NCBI GenBank assembly: GCA_965207225.1
Contig: CBDBLV010000004.1
Location: 288,001 to 352,000, forward strand
Source of the DNA: Dehalococcoidia bacterium
GTDB lineage: Bacteria > Chloroflexota > Dehalococcoidia > Plut-88900
DNA length: 64,000 nt
Direction of reading: 5' to 3'
Shown: positions 1-9,723 of the stretch, piece after piece
Layout: each line of letters starts with the position of its first letter
Position numbering within the stretch: position 1 is the first letter of the stretch
Notes under the pieces: generated by a model
What the model saw: the letters and a program-made list of their open reading frames with translations, nothing else
What the model was told of the DNA's origin: nothing
The model's database searches: none
Position numbers and translations under genes: made by a program

Positions 1-597
1 ACCGCTGCTGATGTGGAAGTTCGCCGGCACACCCACTTCCTCGATTGCTGCCCAGAGGGGGTCGTACTCGGGGCGGTTGTAGGGGACCGTCGGCTTGCTG
101 GGCAGGAACATGGACCCGAGACCCATCTTCGCAGTCCTGTACACCTCGTCCACCGCGCCCTCGATATCCAGCACGGGAATCAGAGCCGCCAGCGCGAATC
201 TGTCCCTGTGTGTTCCAAAGAGCTCGGCGGCCCAGTCGTTGTAGGTGCGGGCAGCGGCAAGCTGGAACCCGGGGTCCGGAGACGCCGTCAGTTCAAGGCC
301 GTAGTTGGGGTAGATAACCTCTCCGGCCACGCCGTCCGTGTCCTGGGCCTCGAGCCTGACTTTCACGTCCCACCCGTCCTCAACGGCGTTCTCCCGAAGC
401 AGGTCGTCCTTGTCCATCTCCTCTGTGCCCAGCTCTACGCGTCTCGGGCGCATTCCGTCGCGGATCTCGAGGAGCTTTCCATCTACAACCTTACGGTGCG
501 GCGCCTTATGTCGGAACTCCGCCGGCATCCTTTCCTGCCACATGCTCAATGGTTCGTTTACGTGGGAGTCCGCCGATATCAGCTTGTAGTCCATCAT
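1..597 (-). CDS. Amidohydrolase family protein (Amidohydro_2-like), 3' end runs off the window
   Basis: Manual translation of the minus strand (not in the ORF track): M(M)DYKLISADSHVNEP...DGVAGEVIYPN...YNDW...YDPLWAAIEEVGVPANFH; AGGAG upstream. Confidence 0.85.
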   Translation of the reverse strand, partial: MMDYKLISADSHVNEPLSMWQERMPAEFRHKAPHRKVVDGKLLEIRDGMRPRRVELGTEEMDKDDLLRENAVEDGWDVKVRLEAQDTDGVAGEVIYPNYGLELTASPDPGFQLAAARTYNDWAAELFGTHRDRFALAALIPVLDIEGAVDEVYRTAKMGLGSMFLPSKPTVPYNRPEYDPLWAAIEEVGVPANFHISSG

Positions 598-655
598 TCC
601 CCTGCTCCTTTCAGTCCCCGCTCAACTCGTCGCTCTCGAAGTCTGGGCGTCCAGT

Positions 656-1864
656 TTAGCCGAATGCTCCTTCTCCCTTCAATCGGGCGACCTCCTCCGC
701 ACTGTACCCCCCGACACCCGTCATCACCTCTTCATTGTGCTCGCCCAGGCCCGGCGCCGCCGAAACCCGACCCACCGGCGTCCCCGAAAAGGCCAGGGGC
801 ACCCCGGCCGAAGCCATCTTTCCCCTAGTCGGGTGGTCTACGTCGACGATGTAGTTGTTGGCCCGGGCCTGGGGGTCGGCGGCCAGTTCCGCTGTTGAGT
901 TGACAGGAGAGTAGGCCATTTCCAGCCCAGCTTCCTTGAGTGTGTCCAGCCATTCGGCGAGGGTCTTCTTCGCGAAAATGTCGTCCAGTTGTCCCATCAG
1001 GCTTGCCCAGTTCTCATCCTGCGGCGATGTCGCCGCCAACCCCTCCGCCCCGATGGCGCTGCAGAACTCACCCCACCACCTGTCGGGGTCCGGTTCGCAG
1101 AACATGATCCACCGGCCGTCGGCGCACTGGTACCAGTTATAGAGGAGGCTCGTGGCTTTCTTCCTGTCATTGCGGGAATACAGAGGAGACCCTTCACCGG
1201 GCGGCAGGTTCAGGTCGGGAAACTTCTCCGCCCACAGCGCATAGTTCACCGCCCCGTGCTGGAAGTGCATCGCGCTCCCCAGCAGCGACCCCTGCACCAT
1301 CTGCCCCCGACCCGTCCGCTCCCGGCTCACCAGCGCTGCCAGTATGCCGTAGGTCATCACCGTGGCCGTCGTCTGGTCGAATAGCCCCCCTTCCAGGAGC
1401 AGCGGTTCGGCTTGCAGGCCCCCGCTGACGATGGACGTAAAGCCGCTCCGGGCCTGTACCAGAGCCTCGAAGGCGCGCCGGTCCTTGTCCTTGCCCATCG
1501 GGCCCCAGGCCCCGACCTGCCCATACACCAGCCTGCTGTTTATCCCCGAAAGGGTCTCGTAGTCCGCCCCCAACCGTTCCAATAGGGCAGGAGGGAAGTT
1601 GGAGACGAAGATGTCGGCCTTGCCGATGAGCCGGTGCAGCGCCTCCCGCCCCGACTCCTTCTTCAGGTCCAGGGTTACGCTCTTTTTGCTGCGGTTGACG
1701 GCGTCGAACCAGAAGGTGCCCCGGGAGCGGGTGGGGTCTCCGCCGTCGGGGCGCTCAATTTTGATAACCTCCGCCCCCAGGTCTCCCAGTATGTACCCGA
1801 TGGGAGGCCCGACGTGTATCACCGCCATCTCAACGACTCTGATTCCATCTAACGGTCCGGGCAT
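656..1864 (-). CDS. Family III CoA-transferase (CaiB/BaiF)
   Basis: PLDGIRVVE, LGDLGAEVIKIERP, NRSKKSVTLDLK and APGLGEHN motifs. Confidence 0.92.
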   Translation of the reverse strand: MPGPLDGIRVVEMAVIHVGPPIGYILGDLGAEVIKIERPDGGDPTRSRGTFWFDAVNRSKKSVTLDLKKESGREALHRLIGKADIFVSNFPPALLERLGADYETLSGINSRLVYGQVGAWGPMGKDKDRRAFEALVQARSGFTSIVSGGLQAEPLLLEGGLFDQTTATVMTYGILAALVSRERTGRGQMVQGSLLGSAMHFQHGAVNYALWAEKFPDLNLPPGEGSPLYSRNDRKKATSLLYNWYQCADGRWIMFCEPDPDRWWGEFCSAIGAEGLAATSPQDENWASLMGQLDDIFAKKTLAEWLDTLKEAGLEMAYSPVNSTAELAADPQARANNYIVDVDHPTRGKMASAGVPLAFSGTPVGRVSAAPGLGEHNEEVMTGVGGYSAEEVARLKGEGAFG

Positions 1865-1885
1865 GGCTCTTCTCCCATCATGTTT

Positions 1886-3286
1886 CTATCTGGCGATATC
1901 CGGAACTTTATCGGCCCACGGCCGCGCCTTTTCCAGCGCCGCCGACGCCCGCAGCACGCTCATCTCATCCCCCCACCTGCCCACGATCTGCAACCCAATC
2001 GGCATCCCTTCCGAGGAGAAGCCACACGGCACACTCGCTGCCGGATTACCCGACAAATTAAAGCTGGCCGTAAAGGGAGTCGCGCCCCAGAGTTTGTTGA
2101 CCCGCTGGCCCATGATATCTCTAGGTCTCGATCCGATTGGGTAGGCCGGAACCGCCGTGGTGGGAGTCAGCAGCAAGTCATACTCCTCGAAAAAGTCCTC
2201 CATGCGCGCCCTGAACTTCCAGAGCTTGGCCATTGCCCGGGCGTAGTCCGCTCCCGTGGCCCGGCTACCGGCCTCGATAGTGGATTTGACGTAGCCCATC
2301 AGCTCGTCGGGATGGGACTTAAGGAGGACACCCGAGCCAACGTAGTCTTCCACTATCACTATCGTCCCAAAGATCTCGAAGGGCGCACCCGACTCCGGTG
2401 TCGCATCCTCAAGAGTACAGCCCATGCCTTCGAACAGTTCAGCCGTTTCCCTGGTTACAGAGAGCACCTCTGGGTCTACTGTCCCAAACCCGAGGTCTGA
2501 GCTCCAGGCAATCTTGAGCCCCTTCACGTCGCCGTCCAGGGCTTTTAGATAGTCCGGCGGCTGAGATCGTATGGCGAGGCTGTCTCCGGAGTCGTGCCCT
2601 GAAATCAAGTTGAGCATTAGGGCCGAGTCCCTTACCGTCCGGCTCATGGGGCCCGGGTCCGAGAAGAGGGACCAGCCGTTGTCACGCGTCGGGACGCGCC
2701 CGTGGGTGGCCTTGATGCCGTACAAACCGCAGAAGGATGAGGGAATCCTGATAGAGCCTCCTCCGTCACTTCCCGTAGCCAGTGAGCACATATAGGAGGC
2801 TAGAGCAGCCCCCGACCCTCCGCTGGAACCGCCGCTCGTGCGGGTCGGGTCCCAGGGATTCCGGCAGTCGTCGCCCAGCCGGTTCTCCGTGCTGGTCGAC
2901 TCTCCAAACTCCGGTGTGTTCGTCTTCCCCAGGACAATGGCCCCGGCCTTCTTCAGCCGCTCTACGATTATCGAGTCCTGGTCCGGCACCCAGTCCTTGA
3001 ACACCAGGGACCCGAAAGTGGTCCTCACCCCCTTGGTAGCCTCCAGGTCCTTCACCGCTACGGGTATACCGTGAAGGGGCAGGGAGTCGGAGCCCGCGGT
3101 TGCCTCTGCTTCTCGCGCCGACTTTAAGGCCTCGTCTCCGCACACTGTAAGAAAGGCGTTGAGGGTCGGGTTGAGAGCCTCAATCTGCCGAAGGCACACC
3201 TCCGTAAGTTCAACAGGAGACACTTTGCGTGCAGATATCAGTTGAGCCAGTTCGGTTGTGTCTTTCTTAAGAAGGTCTTGGGTCAT
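1886..3286 (-). CDS. Amidase signature family protein
   Basis: PLHGIPVAVKD, GKTNTPEFG, SGGSSGGSG and GSDGGGSIRIP. Confidence 0.93.
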   Translation of the reverse strand: MTQDLLKKDTTELAQLISARKVSPVELTEVCLRQIEALNPTLNAFLTVCGDEALKSAREAEATAGSDSLPLHGIPVAVKDLEATKGVRTTFGSLVFKDWVPDQDSIIVERLKKAGAIVLGKTNTPEFGESTSTENRLGDDCRNPWDPTRTSGGSSGGSGAALASYMCSLATGSDGGGSIRIPSSFCGLYGIKATHGRVPTRDNGWSLFSDPGPMSRTVRDSALMLNLISGHDSGDSLAIRSQPPDYLKALDGDVKGLKIAWSSDLGFGTVDPEVLSVTRETAELFEGMGCTLEDATPESGAPFEIFGTIVIVEDYVGSGVLLKSHPDELMGYVKSTIEAGSRATGADYARAMAKLWKFRARMEDFFEEYDLLLTPTTAVPAYPIGSRPRDIMGQRVNKLWGATPFTASFNLSGNPAASVPCGFSSEGMPIGLQIVGRWGDEMSVLRASAALEKARPWADKVPDIAR

Positions 3287-3409
3287 GGATCAAGCGTCCT
3301 TGTGAGTTGGGCCGCACAGATGCTCCCGTGCGGTCGTGGCGATTATAGGAATCGCCCAACAACACGGTCAAGAAACTCCGCCTCCCTCCCCGTCCCTCCC
3401 CCTAATCCG

Positions 3410-3740
3410 CCATTCCGGCCCCCGACCCGGAATCCATCCCCCTCCCCTCCGTCATTCCCGAGTAGTCGGGAATCCAAGGGTGGGGTGGTGCGGGGTGTCC
3501 AATCCCCTCCCCGTAGGGGCGACCGGCGGGTCGCCCTGGGGCGGGGCCGCTCATGCTGAGGTCGCTCGAAGCATGTCCTGAGCTACGTCGAAGGGTATGA
3601 GCGGGGGGGAGGCCCGCGCCTTGCCAATTGTCACCCCCTGTCAGTACAATCCAAATCCCTCCAACCCATCACGCTTGTCTTCCACCATTCCGCGCCCTCC
3701 CCTGTAATTCCGATGCCCCGCGAGGAATCTGGGGAGGGGT
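3410..3740 (+). repeat. Cluster of short palindromic REP-like repeats
   Basis: ATTCCC-N8-GGGAAT at 3454-3473; GTAG-led palindrome at 3513-3537; CCTGAG..GTCGAAGG unit at about 3575-3596; 24-mer ATTCCGATGCCCCGCGAGGAATCT at 3707-3730. These unit types recur at 17.3-17.6 kb and 44.5-45.6 kb. Confidence 0.8.
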
Positions 3741-3759
3741 GGGCGGGCCCCTCTCCCCC

Positions 3760-3960
3760 CAGTACCGAACTAGAGGCAGGGGTTGGCGCATAAGCGCCAA
3801 CCCCTGCCTCTGTTTTTTCTCCCCCTCTCCCTTATAGGCCCTAAGGGAGAGGGGGATCAAGGGGGTGAGGGTTCCCCCTGCTACACGCGAAATCCCCCGC
3901 AATCCCTTCAGCCGTCATTCAATCAAACCAGCTACGAGTTCAATCAACGTTCAATCAAAA
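3760..3960 (+). repeat. Composite ~200 bp dispersed repeat, copy 1 (two hairpins plus TTCAATCAA array)
   Basis: Homologous to 45640-45878; 18-bp stem at 3772-3811 followed by a T-tract; CCCCTCTCCC/GGGAGAGGGG hairpin; three TTCAATCAA copies. Confidence 0.85.
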
Positions 3961-4021
3961 CTCTCCCGGTCGGCGACCCATTTGTAACCCCGAAACCTCG
4001 ACCCTATAATTGAAACCCGCC

Positions 4022-4759
4022 ATGCCCGACTCCAAGGCCCGCGCCTCCATCTTTATCACCTGCCTCGTGGACCAGTTCTACCCCCAGGTCGGCGAGGCCA
4101 TGGTCAAGGTGCTGAGGGACCAGGGCGTGCAGCTATCCTTCCCCCAGGCCCAGACCTGCTGCGGCCAACCCGCCTTCAACGCCGGCTACCAGTCCGAGGC
4201 CCGGGACCTCGCCAAGCGCTTCATCTCCATCTTCGACGGCGACTCCTATGTCGTAGCCCCCTCCGGCTCCTGCACGTCCATGGTCCGGGTCTTCTACCCC
4301 GACCTCTTCAAGGATGACCCGAATATGCTTGAAAAGGCCCAGATCCTTGGCGCCCGGACCTATGAGTTCTCCGAGTTCCTGGTCAAGGTGCTCGGCGTCA
4401 CGGAGGTCGGAGCCTCACATTCAGGCTCGGTAGCCTATCACCCCTCGTGCCATCTCCTCCGGGAACTCAAGGTCAGATCGGAACCCGGGCAGCTCCTCCA
4501 GAACGTGAAGGGTCTAGAGATCAAAGACCTCCCCGACGCTGAGCAGTGCTGCGGGTTCGGCGGTTCCTTCGCCGTGAAGTACCCTCACATCTCCGGCTCC
4601 ATCCTTGAGCGCAAGTTGGACTGCATCCGGAAGTCGGGCCCCGACACCTTAGTCGCCAACGACGCCGGCTGTCTCATGCACATGGCCGGGGGCCTTAAAC
4701 GCCAGAAAATCCCCGTCCAGGCCCGACATATTGCCGAAATCCTCGCATCCAGGGAGTAG
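4022..4759 (+). CDS. lutA: L-lactate utilization protein A (CCG-domain Fe-S protein)
   Basis: FITCLVD, QTCCGQP, SGSC, YHPSCH and CCGFGGSF motifs; first gene of the lut trio. Confidence 0.9.
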   Translation: MPDSKARASIFITCLVDQFYPQVGEAMVKVLRDQGVQLSFPQAQTCCGQPAFNAGYQSEARDLAKRFISIFDGDSYVVAPSGSCTSMVRVFYPDLFKDDPNMLEKAQILGARTYEFSEFLVKVLGVTEVGASHSGSVAYHPSCHLLRELKVRSEPGQLLQNVKGLEIKDLPDAEQCCGFGGSFAVKYPHISGSILERKLDCIRKSGPDTLVANDAGCLMHMAGGLKRQKIPVQARHIAEILASRE

Positions 4760-4772
4760 CCCAACCCCTCTA

Positions 4773-6221
4773 ATGAAAATCAAGACCAGGGAATTCAAAT
4801 CCGGCTCCCGACGCGCCGTCAATAACGTGCGCGTTCAGCAGGCCGCACGTCGGGCCACGGGCAACCTCCTCCGCGAACGCAACAACGCCGCCGCCGAACT
4901 CCCCGAATGGGAAGACCTCCGCAACCGCGCCCGTGAAATCAAGGCCCACACAATTGAATGGCTGGACGAGTACCTCGCCCGGTTCGCCGACTCCGTGGAG
5001 AAGGCAGGTGGCAAGGTCGTATGGGCCAGCACCGCCGAGGAAGCTTCGGACTATGTTGTTTCCCTGGCCCGGGAAAAGGGTGTCCGGACCGTCGTCAAGG
5101 GCAAGTCCATGGCCACCGAGGAGATTGACCTCAACCACAGGCTGGCGGGGGTCGGGGTGGAGGCTATAGAGACCGACCTCGGCGAGTACATGATCCAGCT
5201 CGCCGGCGAGACCCCGTTCCACATCATCGCCCCCGCCATCCACAAGACCCGGCAGGACTTCGGCCAACTCTTCTCCGAACACCTCTCCATCCCCTACGAG
5301 GAGGACCCTCAGCGCCTCACCCAGATCGCCCGACACGCCCTCCGGGAGAAGTTCAGCCATGCCGACATGGGTATAACGGGCGCCAATTTCGGTATCGCCG
5401 AGACCGGCACCATAATCCTCGTCGAAAACGAGGGCAACCAGCGCCTGTCCACCGCCCTGCCTCCCATCCACGTTTCGATCATGGGTATGGAAAAGGTCAT
5501 CCCGACCCTCCAGGACCTCTCTGTATTCCTCGCCCTGCTCCCGCGCAGCGCCACGGGCCAGAAGGCCAGCTCCTACGTCTCCATGATTACCGGCCTCCGG
5601 GGCCCGGGTGAAGTCGACGGTCCCGAAGAGTTCCACATGGTCATCCTGGACAACGGCCGCTCGCGCATCCTCGCCGACCCAACAATGCGCGAGTCCCTGT
5701 ACTGCATCCGCTGCGCAGCCTGCCTGAACATCTGCCCCGTGTACAACTCGGTCGGGGGCCATGCCTACGGCTGGGTCTATTCCGGCCCAATTGGCTCGAT
5801 AATCACCCCCGAGCTTGTCGGCGTAGGAGAGGCTAAGGACCTGCCCGCCGCCTCCACATTGTGCGCCGCATGCCGGGACGTATGTCCCATCAAGATCGAC
5901 ATCCCCCACATGCTGCTGAAGCTGCGCCACAAGTCCACCGAGCCCAGTCCTCAAATTCATGCCTCCAACGAAGCCCGACCTTCCCGCATGGAAAAGTGGT
6001 TAGTCCGGGCCTGGGCCTCTGCCATGAAGAGCCAAAGGGCGTACTCCTTCACTACGGCCTTAGCCAGGCTGGCCCAAAGGCCCCTTCTGAAGAACGGTCA
6101 CTTTCGATGGCTGCCGCCCTTCCTCAGGGGCTGGACAGACCATCGGGAGTTCCCCGCCCTCGCTCCCCGCCCCTTCCGTCAGATCTGGAACGAAAGGCTC
6201 TCCAAAGATGCCCCCGACTAG
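4773..6221 (+). CDS. lutB: L-lactate utilization protein B (LUD domain plus 4Fe-4S)
   Basis: KGKSMATEEI, ETDLGEY, CIRCAACLNICPVY and STLCAACRDVCPIKI. Confidence 0.92.
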   Translation: MKIKTREFKSGSRRAVNNVRVQQAARRATGNLLRERNNAAAELPEWEDLRNRAREIKAHTIEWLDEYLARFADSVEKAGGKVVWASTAEEASDYVVSLAREKGVRTVVKGKSMATEEIDLNHRLAGVGVEAIETDLGEYMIQLAGETPFHIIAPAIHKTRQDFGQLFSEHLSIPYEEDPQRLTQIARHALREKFSHADMGITGANFGIAETGTIILVENEGNQRLSTALPPIHVSIMGMEKVIPTLQDLSVFLALLPRSATGQKASSYVSMITGLRGPGEVDGPEEFHMVILDNGRSRILADPTMRESLYCIRCAACLNICPVYNSVGGHAYGWVYSGPIGSIITPELVGVGEAKDLPAASTLCAACRDVCPIKIDIPHMLLKLRHKSTEPSPQIHASNEARPSRMEKWLVRAWASAMKSQRAYSFTTALARLAQRPLLKNGHFRWLPPFLRGWTDHREFPALAPRPFRQIWNERLSKDAPD

Positions 6222-6909
6222 CCGGGAAGCCTTCCTGGCAACCGTCCGCCGAAGCCTCGATAGGCCCGGAACTGTCAGCTCGCAATCAAACGGAGACCCC
6301 TCAGTCGCCGCTCAAGAGGTCGCTCCCCAGCAGACCCCCGACCGCGAGCAACTGGTCAAGCGATTCGAGGAAGAGGTGAAGAAGGTACACGGCGTCGTGA
6401 GCCGGGTCTCGGGCCCCGAGGAGCTGACAGCTTTGCTCGGTGCACTTATCGAGGAAAAGGCTATCCACAGGATTGTAAGGTGGGACACCCTCGCCCTCTC
6501 TCACCTCGACACCGCCCTTACGAGCGCCGGGGCCGAAGTCTTCCCCATCAATCTGAACGAAGATGAATCCTCCCGGCTTGACCACAGGAACGCCCTGATT
6601 GAAGCGGACATGGGGCTTACGGAAGTCGATTACGCTATCGCAGACATTGGTTCCCTGGTGTTGAAGGCCTCGGGGCCCCAGAGCCGCCTTGCCTCCGTCC
6701 TTCCTCCTATACACGTAGCCATTGTCACCCCCGACAAAATTGTCCCCTCTCTCAGCCACCTTCTTCCGCTGCTGACATCCGAAGGTGGCCTCCCATCCGC
6801 CGTGTCCCTCGTCACGGGCCCCTCGCGCACCGCCGATATAGAGACCATCCGAACGGTCGGGATTCACGGACCGATCGAGCTGCAAGTCATCATCCTCGAA
6901 GATGGTTGA
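6208..6909 (+). CDS. lutC: L-lactate utilization protein C (LUD domain)
   Basis: TGPSRTADIE and GIHGP motifs; overlaps the lutB stop. Confidence 0.88.
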   Translation: MPPTSREAFLATVRRSLDRPGTVSSQSNGDPSVAAQEVAPQQTPDREQLVKRFEEEVKKVHGVVSRVSGPEELTALLGALIEEKAIHRIVRWDTLALSHLDTALTSAGAEVFPINLNEDESSRLDHRNALIEADMGLTEVDYAIADIGSLVLKASGPQSRLASVLPPIHVAIVTPDKIVPSLSHLLPLLTSEGGLPSAVSLVTGPSRTADIETIRTVGIHGPIELQVIILEDG

Positions 6910-7029
6910 ATATTTATGTCAACATCGTCGATGATGTTGACGAAATCAACCCAACTCGCTATATTGCGCCCCATAGTCCCGTCCTGCGACCCGACCCGGT
7001 GGGTATAGGTTCTGTTGTAAGGAGGGTGT

Positions 7030-8217
7030 ATGAGAATCCAGAAGAAACTTCCTCTAATTCTGCTTGGACTTTTGGCAGTCCTTGCAATCGTGGCTTTCGC
7101 CTGCGGCGGCGACGATCCCGCTGACGATGAGCCGTTCCGGATCGGTGTCATGGAATCGGTCACGGGCCCCGGCGAAACATACGGCGTCATGGCCGTCCAG
7201 GCCAAACAGATGGCCGTTGACGAGATCAACGAAGCCGGTGGCATTAACGGCCGCATGCTCGAAATCATCGTCGAAGACGAAAAGTGCAACGCCCAGGACT
7301 CCATCACCGCCTACAACAAGCTGACCGACGTTGACGGCGTGAAGATCATCCTCGGCACCTCCTGCAGCGGCGCCATGCTGGGAGCCGCTCCCCTGGCCGA
7401 AGAGGACGGCGTTGTCATGTTCTCCGGTCTGGCCACCAACCCCGACATCGCAGACGCCGGTGACTACATCTTCCGCACCTCTCTGAATGACGCTCTGGTG
7501 GGCACCGACACCGGAAACGCCATGTGGGTCGACGGCCACCGCACCCTGGCCACCATTACCGAGAACACCGACTACGCAGAGGGTGTCCGGCGCACAACCG
7601 TGGCGAGGTTTGAGGAGCTCGGCGGCTCGGTCGTTGCCGAAGAGCACTACGCCTCGGACGTTACCGACTTCAGGACCCAGCTCACAAAGATCATCGGTGA
7701 AGAGCCTGACGCTTTGCATGTCTCAGCGCAGTCTGAGTTCACCGGCGGCACGATAATCAAGCAGGTCCGGGAACTCGGATGGGAAGGCCCCATCTACGCC
7801 GAGATTGTAGCCGTCGGACCTACTGCCCAGGAGATCGCCGGCGAAGCGATCACCGGTGCAAAGGGAATCGCCGCGGCGGGTCTGGACCCGAACAATGCAA
7901 GAGCTATGGAAGTCCTTGCAAACTTCCAGGAGCGCTATGACTACGTAGTGTTCCCCTGGTACCTCGGCTCTGCGTACGATGACGTGTACATCACCGCCGA
8001 GTGCCTGAGGCAGACCAATGACGACCAGGACGCCGACGGCTTCAGGGACTGCCTGTACGACATCACCTTCAGCGGCGCCATAGGAGAGAACTACGGCTTC
8101 GACGACAAGGGCGAAGTTGAAGGTCTTTCCAACGTAGTCGTCGAGGTCCTGCCCGTGAGCGAGAGGACAGGGGACAACCAGGGATTCAGGATCCTCGGCC
8201 CTGCGCCCACCCCCTAG
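7030..8217 (+). CDS. Branched-chain amino acid-type ABC transporter substrate-binding lipoprotein
   Basis: Lipobox AFAC; EINEAGGINGR; LivK/LivJ-like fold motifs; GGAGG RBS. Confidence 0.9.
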   Translation: MRIQKKLPLILLGLLAVLAIVAFACGGDDPADDEPFRIGVMESVTGPGETYGVMAVQAKQMAVDEINEAGGINGRMLEIIVEDEKCNAQDSITAYNKLTDVDGVKIILGTSCSGAMLGAAPLAEEDGVVMFSGLATNPDIADAGDYIFRTSLNDALVGTDTGNAMWVDGHRTLATITENTDYAEGVRRTTVARFEELGGSVVAEEHYASDVTDFRTQLTKIIGEEPDALHVSAQSEFTGGTIIKQVRELGWEGPIYAEIVAVGPTAQEIAGEAITGAKGIAAAGLDPNNARAMEVLANFQERYDYVVFPWYLGSAYDDVYITAECLRQTNDDQDADGFRDCLYDITFSGAIGENYGFDDKGEVEGLSNVVVEVLPVSERTGDNQGFRILGPAPTP

Positions 8218-8235
8218 ACCCGACAAAAGCTGGAA

Positions 8236-8265
8236 GCGGATGGCCGGCCCGGGTCGGCCATCCGC
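8236..8265 (+). terminator. Strong intergenic hairpin after the binding-protein gene (partial terminator or mRNA stabiliser)
   Basis: GCGGATGGCCG / CGGCCATCCGC 11-bp stem. Confidence 0.55.
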
Positions 8266-8331
8266 CTAGCTTCTCCCGAGTCCCGAAAACAGAACCTGTC
8301 CAGAATCACCCCATATCCTGCAGGTCCAAGG

Positions 8332-9720
8332 TTGATAAGACAGCGCGAAGGCAGCAATAACCGGGTGCCGGGCATATCCCGGTATTCGGGCAGTCAGGTC
8401 CTGGCCACAGTCATGGTCGTGGCTGCTGTCGGGTACCTGGCCTGGAAGATCTCCGAATCGTCGACCCAGGCACTACAGTTCGCCTTCAACGGCGCGTCCG
8501 TCGGGGCTATTTATGCTCTCCTAGCCATCGGCTTCACCCTTGTTTACAGCACCGTTTGGTTCTTCGACCTGTACTACGGCGCAGCCGCAGCCGTAGGCGC
8601 CTACGGAGTCTTCTACCTCCGCGCCAATGAGGCCCTGCAGGTAGGCCAATTCGACGTTAACGAAGTCTACGTCAATGTGGTATTCGCCCTGGTCATGGCC
8701 GGGGTTTCCGCATGGGCCCTGAGACTCATTCTGGACTCGCGCTTCAGACGCTCCCTCGGCCGCCGCGGAACCCTGATGTTGTCCGGCCTGGGTGGTGCCG
8801 GAGTCGGCATATACTCGGGCTTCGTCCTCAGCTACCCCGATGAGCTGAATGTCCTGCTCAGCCCCGTGGTCGGTGCGTTGACCGGTCTTGCAGCCTTCTG
8901 GCTGGCAAGACGAGGCACCGACCGGTTTGTCCCGAAGGGCGCCCGTCTGCCCTTCCTCGCCGTCGCTACAGTCGGGGGGGCTGCTCTGGGGGCGTACTGC
9001 GGTCTATTGGTTGCTCAGGCTCCTGCCTCGAGCCTATACCTCAGTTGGGCAGTTTCCTGCCTCCTCGCGGGCGCAGTGAGTCTTGCGCTCTACCGAGGCC
9101 TCTACGTCTATATGCGGCGCAGAGCTCGGTCCCCCCTTATTATGCTCGTTGCCTCTCTCGGAATTCTCCTGGCTCTGACCGCCTTTACGACGGTGATATT
9201 CCAGTCGGCCCCACGCCCCCTCCCCGAAGCCTTCGGCAGCGCACCATGGAACGCCGCCGGAGCCTTTATCAAGCCTTTCAACGTTTTTTCAATTGGTGTT
9301 GCCGTCGTCGGGTTCATCGCCCTGATGGTCTTCCTGAGGGCCACGGCATTCGGGAAGGCGGTACGTGCCATCGGCGATGACGAAGAGGTTTCCAAGGTTG
9401 TTGGCATCAACACGACGGTTGTCATTGCCATCGTGTTCTTCATCGGGGCCATCTACGCCTCTATGGCCGGCATACTCAGCGGCCACGATACCGCCATACA
9501 GCCTCGCATGGGGCTGCTGCTCCTTCTTAAGGGCTGGATAGCCTCGGTGGTCGGCGGCATCGGCAACATGTACGGCGCCATCGTCGGGGGATTTGTACTG
9601 GGCTTCGTCGAGCAGTTCGGCATCTGGGACCTGGCCGGAGAGTGGCAGAACGCCATTTCCTTCGTGTTGCTCATAATCTTCCTGGCCTTCTGGCCCAAGG
9701 GCCTGATCCCGAGGAAATAG
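8332..9720 (+). CDS. livH: LivH-type ABC permease, unusually long (start uncertain)
   Basis: GAIYALLAIGFTLVY, FGKAVRAIGDD and VVGGIGN motifs. Confidence 0.85.
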   Translation: MIRQREGSNNRVPGISRYSGSQVLATVMVVAAVGYLAWKISESSTQALQFAFNGASVGAIYALLAIGFTLVYSTVWFFDLYYGAAAAVGAYGVFYLRANEALQVGQFDVNEVYVNVVFALVMAGVSAWALRLILDSRFRRSLGRRGTLMLSGLGGAGVGIYSGFVLSYPDELNVLLSPVVGALTGLAAFWLARRGTDRFVPKGARLPFLAVATVGGAALGAYCGLLVAQAPASSLYLSWAVSCLLAGAVSLALYRGLYVYMRRRARSPLIMLVASLGILLALTAFTTVIFQSAPRPLPEAFGSAPWNAAGAFIKPFNVFSIGVAVVGFIALMVFLRATAFGKAVRAIGDDEEVSKVVGINTTVVIAIVFFIGAIYASMAGILSGHDTAIQPRMGLLLLLKGWIASVVGGIGNMYGAIVGGFVLGFVEQFGIWDLAGEWQNAISFVLLIIFLAFWPKGLIPRK

Positions 9721-9723
9721 CCG

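Noticed and set aside
13-828. 271-aa + strand ORF
   Set aside because: Antisense shadow of the minus-strand amidohydrolase.
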